Below are positions 55,706 to 64,000 of a DNA stretch of 64,000 nt, piece after piece. The first letter of the stretch is position 1; each line of letters opens with the position of its first letter. Below the pieces are notes generated by a model, which worked only from the letters and a program-made list of their open reading frames with translations, made no database searches and was not told where the DNA came from. Made by a program: the position numbers and the translations under genes. The DNA is from Azolla caroliniana (Eukaryota > Plantae > Polypodiophyta), in contig JBHGNT010000014.1 in the NCBI GenBank assembly GCA_043228905.1, positions 1,116,001 through 1,180,000 on the forward strand, in the 5' to 3' direction.

Positions 55706-58700
55706 TGTAAACGATTACTTGCGGAAGCGTTAGAAAACAAAGAAAGCAGAGAATACACAGAGCAAAAAACGTAAAAGCTATATTCAAAACAATATAAACA
55801 CTCTTTATTCCTACAACTATGCTCAGTAGCACTATTTATACAAGTCCTCGTGGGACTGACAAAAGTACCGCGTACTTCAATGCTCACATGAGCATCTGAC
55901 ACTTACTACGAGACTATAACTGCCTAGTAGTCTAAACTAATACTAGGCTTCCGATTACCGATTGGATCTGGCTAACTAGCTCACCGGCTCTGTTGCTTGC
56001 CGGCTCGGTTGCTCACCGGCTTACCGATCCGTCTCGCTCACCGGCTCAGGCTTATCCAGCCGATTCGGCTCCAGTTGAGCTTGCCGCTCAACACTCCCCC
56101 TCAAGCTCAACTTGAGGTTGGATCCTAGTGTCGGCCTCTGTTGCAGTCGGTTCTTCCAACCGACTTCTCCTGGCATCGCTCCGCCTTGCTCGCGCTCCTC
56201 GTCCGGTCCGGTCCCGTTTGCCGCGACCCTTCCGGTTCTGCGCGCCTCGACCTTCTCGGTCGGCATGTCTGCTCAATAGGCCCCTCTCAGCTCCTTCGTT
56301 GCTATGACTCCGGTGCTTGCCGATCCGTCGATTCCTCCGTGATGGCATCGACTTCCGCTGCATTCGTGTCTGCTTGGCCTCTAGTTGATTCGGTTCATCC
56401 GGATCCGTTTGTTGATCCGAATTGGCTGCCTCCGATTCGTTCCAGCTCTTTTCCGAATCGGTCACTCCCGACTCATTCCAGCTCTTGTCCGAGTCGGTAT
56501 CCTCCGACTCGTCTTTCGGTTTAAGGCCCTTCACCACATCAGACCACGTCCGGGTCTTGGCCTTGCTTCCATCCTCAGGTTCTTCAGCCGGTTCACCAAA
56601 GTCGAATTCTTCATTCGACTCTGTATCTCGGTCACTACCGGTGTGATGATGATGATTAACTCCGCATAGTATGGCACTTTTCTTCCTGCGTGCACACTTC
56701 TTCTTTCCGGTTGGCTCGGTCCTCCTTGACCTTGCCACCACTGCCGCTCGTTCCGACTTGTTCGGACGTGCCGACTTTCTTCGTTGACTCGGCTTCTTTT
56801 TCCTCCTTGTCTCCCCCTCTTCTGGTTCTTCCCTTACCAGTGTCGGCAACAGTTTCTTTGCCTTTGCCCGTTCCAATGGTGTCTTTGCCTCTTCTTCTCC
56901 CCCTCAAGTGCGGCACGTCGAGATGCTGAACACCAAGCATGTCAGTAAAGTGCTGCAACTTGTCCGATCCGAGCAGCTTGGTGAAGATGTCAGCAACTTG
57001 CCAATCTGTGTGAACATACCGTAGTTCAACTTCACCGCTCAGGACCCGCTCTCACACAAAGTGATAATGCACTTCTATGTGCTTCGTGCGAGCATGGAAC
57101 ACAGGGTTCTTGGCGAGCTTCATGCTGCTGATGTTATCACAATAAATTGGGATCGGGGTCGGTACCTCGATCCACAAGTCTCGCAGCAGTTGCCGAAGCC
57201 AAATGGCTTCGCAGGTGGCAACAGTCGCGCTCCGGTACTCAGCCTCAGTGCTTGACAGAGCCACTGTTGGATGCTTTTTGTTGCTCGCACTCCCAAGGGA
57301 AAACATAAAACCGGAAGTGGATCTGCGATCCGACGCATCGCCGGCCCAATCGGCATACGTGTAACCGACTAGCTCTTCGGTTATACCTCGCCTGTATAAC
57401 ATTCCCCGGTCCTTCGTGCCACTTACATATCGCAGTATCCACTGCGCGCACTGAAGGTGCTCCACGGCCGGCTTCTGCATGAACTGATTTATCATTCCGA
57501 TCGGATAGCTGATGTCAGGTCGCGTGATAGTCAAGTAAATAAGGCTTCCGACAATTTGTCGGAACCGTTTCTCGTTGCAGGCCAGTCCAGAGTTGGGACG
57601 AAGCTTCTGGTTCCGGTCCAAGGGTGTGGAGACAGGTCGACATTTTGTCATGCCGAACTTGGACAACATATTCAAGACGTAATGCCATTGTGAGAGCAAG
57701 ATGCCGTCGAGGGTTCGGATCACCTCGATCTCAAGAAAATAATGAAGGTCCTCCAGGTCCTTCATCTCAAATGCGTCCAACAATTGGGACTTGACGCGGT
57801 TGACTTCTGGATGACTAAATCATCAACATACAGTAGGATACATACCGGACCGGTTGAGCCTTGCCGAATGAACAACGAAGAGTCGGACTTGGAGGCCACA
57901 AACCCCATTTTACGCAACCAGTGTGTGATCTTCGCATTCCAAGCTCGAGGGGCTTGCTTCAGGCCGTACAATGACCTCTTCAGCCGGCATACCGCCGACT
58001 TGTTCATCTCCGATTGAAAACTGGGGGGCTGAGTCATAAAGACTTCTTCTTCAAGATCACCCTGAAGAAACGCATTCTTCACATCCATCTGGTGAAGATG
58101 CCACCCCCTTGCTGCAACAACCGCCAGCACCACACGAACCGTCGTCATCTTCGCTACCGGACCGAAGGTCTCGTCGTAGTCGATTCCGTGGGTCTGCGCG
58201 TATCCCTTCGCCACTAACCGGGCCTTGTACCGGTTAACTAAACCGTCGGCGTTATACCTTACCTTGTACACCCACTTGCATCCAATCGGTTTACAGTGAC
58301 GGGGAGGGTCAACTAGGTCCCATGTCTCGTTGACATCAAGTGCCCGCATTTCTTCCTCCATAGAGGCACGCCAATTTGCGTCCTTTGCCGCTTCTGCGTA
58401 GCTCTTCAGATCACGCACTTCCGCCACCTTAGTCATGTATGCATAGTGATGCGCCATGTACTCATTGTACCCGTACCGCTTGACGGGATCCTTCTGGCGG
58501 GTGGACCGGCGTAACTCATGGTTACCCGGTTTGAGGCCCTTCTTGGCCGGTTCGGTCTTCGTTGCCGAAGATTCGCCTTTCTCCTTGCCGGAGTCGGATG
58601 CACACCGATCCGACTCATCGTTGCCAGTTTCGAATTCCGACATCTTTTTCTTCCCTTTCTCTTTGCGCGTGAACCGTCTCCTCGGTTCCTTGCGCGGGGA

Positions 58701-61679
58701 GAGCACGACAGAGTCTCCACTACTCACCGGTTCCTTATCGAACTGGTCAGATTGACTCAGTCTCTCGTTCGGCCCGCTCAACCGAAACGATTTTGGACTC
58801 TCATCTTGAGTCCAGGCTTCATCATCATCTACTTGGGCCGGTTCAGGCTCACTAGCCTCATCCTCCGGCATCAGGTTAGATTCGGAAGTCGGAGTCCGTA
58901 AGGAGTACCACGATGCCAATTCATCGAACTCGACATCTCGACTAACTCGAACCTACTTTGTCCGGGGGTTATAACACTTATAACCCTTTTGCTCTTGAGC
59001 ATAGCCGACTAGGATGCATTTTTCCGATTTTGCATCCAACGTCCTCCGCTTCTCATCCGGTACATGCACATATGCAATGCTACCGAAGATCTTAAGGTGT
59101 CTCAAATTCGGCATGTGCCCGAAATACAGCTCGTGAGCTGACACCTTGTCACCGATCCGGTTCTGGATGTAGACAGTCGTTCGGACTGCCTCCGCCCAGT
59201 AGAATTTGGGCATGCTCTTCTCCTCCAGCATTGCCCTTGCCGCATCAATAAGCGATCGGTTCTTCCTTTCGGCAACACCGTTCTATTGCGGTGTGCATCT
59301 GCAACTGAACTCTCGCCGAATTCCCTTTTGTTGCAGATAACTGTTGAATTTGCCAGAAAAGTATTCTTTTCCGCCATCCGACCGCAAGCATTTGATCTTC
59401 CTCTCTGATTCCCATTCCACCATGCTTTGGAGGCTCCGAAAACACTCGAAGACTTCATTCTTCCGCTCAATGAGATAGATCCATGTGTGCCGCGTATAGT
59501 CGTTGATGAAGGAGACGAAATATCGACTCCCACCAAGACTAACATTTTGTACCGGTCCCCACACATCCGAATGGATAAGGTCGAGCTTGTTACGGCTCCG
59601 GTTACGTTCGGTAGGGAATGGAAGCCGGTGTTGCTTCCCGAGTTCGTAGGCTTCACATACTTGGGCCTTCCAGCCGCTGAACTTTGGCAAACCGAAAACA
59701 ACTTGTTTCGTTTGCAAGTCTTGAAGCCTCCGGTAATTGACGTGGCCTATCCACTTGTGCCACAGGTCGATGTCCGATTCAACCTTCTTTCCTTTTGCAA
59801 ACAGAGCGGTGCCGACATCATTGGTGTTGAGGATAAACATCCTCCTGTCTCTACGCCCTTGCGCAATAATCTGGCCCTCTTCCTCGATGAAGCACCCGAG
59901 GTGTGTAAACCGCACCTGCATCCCTTGGTCGACAATCTGTCCGACCGACACCAGGTTCTTCGTGATTGTCAAAACGTGTAATACGTTCATCAGGTTCCCC
60001 TTCTGTCCGACGTGGCTCAAAGGGACTTCTCCGACGTGCACAATTGGGTGGGGAGTGTCATCTCCGGTTTCGACTACTCCTGGTTGATCCGGTTTCTCCA
60101 AAAAGGAGAACCACTCTTTGAGGCTCGTCATGTGGTTCGATGCACCGGAATCAACATACCACACTTCCTCCGATTTGGAAGTGGTCTTCTTCATCGAGTT
60201 CGCCTCGTGCTTCATCACCGAGGTTGGCCCGTTACCGTTCTTGGATCCTCCCAATCCCTTCACGTAGTGCGAGCTTTGCCGGCCATCCTTGCCGGCCTTG
60301 CCGGATCCGGATTTGTCCGAATCGGTGTATTTTCTCCAGCACTCGCTTTCTCTATGGCCCTTTTTGCCACAGTACCAGCATTCCGTTGCAGTCTTCTCTT
60401 GTCGTCTTCCGATGGCACCATGACTCCCCCTGCTCCCGGAGGGTCCGGAACTGTTGTCGGCACGTTCTCTATGCCTTTGTTCCTGGTCTTGCCGGCCGCC
60501 TCCATTGCGTGCCGACCCACCTCGTCCACCATGCCCACGGGACCGATCCGCTTCCATGTATAGCATCCGGCTGTCAATGGGTGCGCTGGTTGACGCACCG
60601 GTGTGGTTCTTCTCTACAAGGAGCATCGACTGTAAGTCGAAAAATGACGGCGTATTCTCCCTTGTACATACCGCCGTTCGGAATGCTCTGAACTTAGACG
60701 CCAGGCCCCAAAGAAAGACCTGTACCATCTCGTCTTCCTCTACGGTAACGTTGATAGAGGCAAGCGAGTCACAAATCTCTTTGATCCAGGCCGTGTAATC
60801 CGCCACTGACATGTCCTTCTGTCGGACATTGCTCAACTCCTATCGGAGTTGCAGCTTCCGGGCTGTAGTGCTCGCGGCGAAAACCTTCTTCAGGTTTCCC
60901 CAAGCCTCCTTCAGTGTCTTGGCGTCTCGGATGTGGCTCAGCAACTGGTCTCTGACACTGGACGCGAAGCAGTACATCACTCTACTTGCCGATTGTTCCC
61001 ACACTGGAAATCCTTATGTGCTGCATCAGGTGCTGTTTCGTTGGCTCCTTTGACGAAACTCCAGTAGCCATGCCCAAGCAGGTACTAGTGCATCTTGTAA
61101 GACCAAGATGCGTAGTTGGATCTGTCGAGTTTCTCCACGGGGAGCGAGCTAGCCATTCCTCTATGCATCACTTCTCTGTCTGTTGTTCTTATGACCTGTT
61201 AGGGTTTGCTTTGAAGCGTTTGTCGGTTGCAGAGGTTCTCAACCCTCGCGCTCTGATACCATGTAAACGATTACTTGCGGAAGCGTTAGAAAATAGAGAA
61301 AGCGGAGAATACACAGAGTACACGGGAGAGACAGAGAGAGCAAAAAACGTAAAAGCTATATTCAAAACAATATAAACACTCTCTGTTCCTACAACTATGC
61401 TCAGTAGCACTATTTATACAAGTCCTCATGGGACTGACAAAAGCACCGCGTACTTCAATGCTCACACGAGCATCTGACACTTACTACGAGACTATAACTG
61501 CCTAGTAGTCTAAACTAATACTAGGCTTCCAGTTACCGATTGGATCCGGCTAATCGGCTCCCCACCTCACCGACTCTGTTGCTTGCCGGCTCGGTTGCTC
61601 ACTAGCTTACCGATCCGTCTCGCTCACCGGCTCAGGCTTATCCAACCGATCCAGCTCTAGTTGAGCTTGGCGCTCAACA
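55706..61679 (-). mobile_element. Full-length degenerate Ty1/Copia element D (relative of A and E)
   Basis: LTRs 61262-61679 and 55706-56093 (diverged, with indels), TSD TTTTT, iMet PBS ending at 61261, PPT at ~56094-56102. Confidence 0.96.
56088..61160 (-). pseudogene. Copia D gag-pol, frameshifted, with C-terminal extension
   Basis: ORF pieces 59283-60836, 58953-59231, 57762-58919, 57052-57783 and 56088-56876, the last ending QVELEGEC*. Confidence 0.93.
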
Positions 61680-62888
61680 TTTTTGAATGAGAAAATTTGG
61701 TTTATATTGAAGGTGACCATGCCACCATGCCGACCATCACACGTGGAAATTGTCAACAGAAACATGGTGCAAGCTATATCATGTATTAAATTTTGGCATG
61801 CTTAGAGGACCACACACTTGGATACATAGAAGATGCAAAGGTGCTAAAAGAAGAATAAGAAAACCTAAGTAAGATTTTTGTTATGAGCATAACCACTCTC
61901 AATTTTCAACTTTGACAATAGTTGAACGACATTAAAGAAAAGGTTATTTCCTTCAAAGGTTAGACCCTCAAAAGCAAGTTGTGTGATGCTCTTGCCTCCG
62001 TCTGTATATCGGTTGTAAGGAATTGAGGGCGGGGATATGCCTTGAGATTTTGGCACAGTGATTCTATCCATTGAGGATTGCTACCATCAATTGTGAAGTA
62101 TTTATTAGGAGGTCAAAGCTAGATGTGACCATGTCTACCTTTGACCTCCTAATAAATGTTGTTGGGAAAAGAAAACTATGTTGGCATGAAGAGTGGGGCC
62201 TTAAAAACCCAATTTCTCTCTACAAACTCAAAGATGATCGTGCTTGCAAAAGAGGAAGATGACAAGGTGATGGATGATTAAATGAAGGATAAAGACATTC
62301 ATAAAATGAGGACTTCCAACTTTGAGATGAAAGTAGGAGACAAGATGAAACTCAATAAGAAGGGGAAATTTTAATGGAGGGGCAAATTTACACAACAAAT
62401 TGGAATGTTGGGCATTGCAACAAGCATGCCACATTGAGGTATATTGTCACAAGAAAAAGAGTGATTCCAACCAATTATGGACAAGTGACTAACTACCCCA
62501 CCACCTCCAACCATTATAATTATGCCTCAATGGGTTTTCTTCGAGAGGCCAACACAACTCATACCTTGGAGGGTTGCACTTCCAAGGGTCACTACTGAGT
62601 CTCAAGGGGTTGCCTTCAGGTCACCTTCCTCATCGTGTGCTAACTAAAGGATTGGGGACGTGGACCCTCCCCCCCAATGGTAAAGACCACGCCATGCATC
62701 ACACGTAAAAGCTCTTACCTCTCCACTTCAATCAACCATGGAAGCTTCAAAGGGTTCTTATGTTAATATATACACTTAGCACACACCTAGTCGTTGCAAC
62801 GCTAATTAAGAGATATGATGGTCTTACTTAAATAGATAATTATTTGATAAAGAAATATATAAGGTGCCTCGATTAAATAGATAATTAT

Positions 62889-64000
62889 TGTTGAGAGACA
62901 AGCTCAACATCGGCCGGATCGGCTGAGCAAACCGAGGACCAGATTGGTTGGAAACCGGTACACAGACCGGTGCGTAGGAAGGCCGGATCGGTGCGGAAAC
63001 TAGGAGGCCATCGGAAAGATATTCCGCAAGGAATATATTTGGGAGTTAGTGTAGGGGCTCCTCAATGAGCATTGAAGTACTTTCAGTACTTTTGTCAGTC
63101 CGAAAAGGACTTGTATAAAAGTGTTCATTGAACACACACGATGTACAGATTGAGTATTATTTTTTAATTAAGTTCTTGTGTTTACTCTCTCTCTCTCTGT
63201 CTCTCCCGTGCGTACTATGCAAACCTAAGCTTTCCATTAAACCTGCATTTTTTGTTGTTCGGGTTCCTATATTGCTTCCGCATGCCATTCTTTTCATGGT
63301 ATCAGAGCACGAGGGTTGAGAACCTCTGCAATCGACTTTGCTTGAAGGAAAAACCAACAAAGAAGAACAAGAAAACCGATGGACAGAGGAATCGCTAGCT
63401 CGCTTACAACGGAGAAGCTTGACAGAACCAACTACGCATCTTGGTCCTACAAGATGCACCAGTACCTGCTCGGACACGGTTACTGGAGCTATGTCAATGG
63501 AGCAAATGACACAGCACCCGATTCGACACACAAAGACTTCCCGATGTGGGAACAATCGGCGAGCAGAGTGCTGTACTATTTCACGTCTTGTGTGGGCGAA
63601 CAACTATTAAGCTACGCTCGGGATGCAAAAACGCCGAAGGGTGCATGGGAAAATCTAAAGAAGATCTTCGCCGCGAGCACCATAGCTAGGAAGCTTCAGC
63701 TCCTACAAGAGTTGAGCAACCTACGACAATGCGATTTGTCGGTGGCTGACTATACCTCGAAGATCAAGGACATATGCGACTCCTTAGCTTCCATCGATGT
63801 GAACATCGAGGAAAGCGAGATGGTCCAGGTCTATCTCGGGGGTTTGGCGTCAAAGTTCAGAGCGTTCCGAACTGCTGTGTGTACACGGGAGAATACGTCG
63901 TCGTTTTTCGACTTACAGTCGATGCTCCTTATAGAGGAGAACCACACGGGTGTGTCGACAAGCACGCATGCCGACATCAAGATGTTGTACACGGAGGGAG
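62889..64000 (+). mobile_element. Ty1/Copia element E (5' LTR, PBS, gag start), same family as A
   Basis: LTR at 62889-63296 and PBS TGGTATCAGAGC at 63297. Sequence from ~63610 is colinear with positions 1-390. Confidence 0.96.
63379..64000 (+). CDS. Copia gag, open to the window end
   Basis: MDRGIASSLTTEKLDRTNYASWSYKMHQYLLGHGYW...ARKLQLLQELSNL... Confidence 0.9.
   Translation, partial: MDRGIASSLTTEKLDRTNYASWSYKMHQYLLGHGYWSYVNGANDTAPDSTHKDFPMWEQSASRVLYYFTSCVGEQLLSYARDAKTPKGAWENLKKIFAASTIARKLQLLQELSNLRQCDLSVADYTSKIKDICDSLASIDVNIEESEMVQVYLGGLASKFRAFRTAVCTRENTSSFFDLQSMLLIEENHTGVSTSTHADIKMLYTEG

Noticed and set aside
63610-64000. Window start/end similarity as an assembly duplication or circular molecule
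   Set aside because: The two copies differ at many positions and have distinct LTR variants, so they are separate members of one Copia family.

Overview
Eukaryotic land-plant genomic DNA, probably from a non-seed plant (inferred from the retroelement types). Positions 1-30.8 kb form a nested LTR-retrotransposon stack. A minus-strand non-chromoviral Ty3/Gypsy element with a 3' extra ORF (5617-30773) hosts or abuts three Ty1/Copia elements, three related Copia solo LTRs and a Gypsy-type solo LTR. One of the Copias contains a young non-autonomous Gypsy derivative, and most junctions have resolvable target-site duplications (TSDs). Positions 30.8-54 kb are AT-rich and hold 5'-truncated LINEs, a seven-exon PRA1.A (prenylated Rab acceptor) gene at 42971-47054 and a candidate intron-containing 50-aa membrane microprotein gene missed by the ORF track. 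Positions 54-64 kb contain a Trp-primed Gypsy remnant and two more Copias of the same family as the first. The most notable observations are Gypsy LTRs carrying tRNA-like A/B-box cassettes and RY clusters, mosaic LTRs, a conserved C-terminal extension and PPT-enclosing hairpin in one Copia family, an in-frame RT-deleted non-autonomous element, and the microprotein gene. All calls were made by eye, without database searches.
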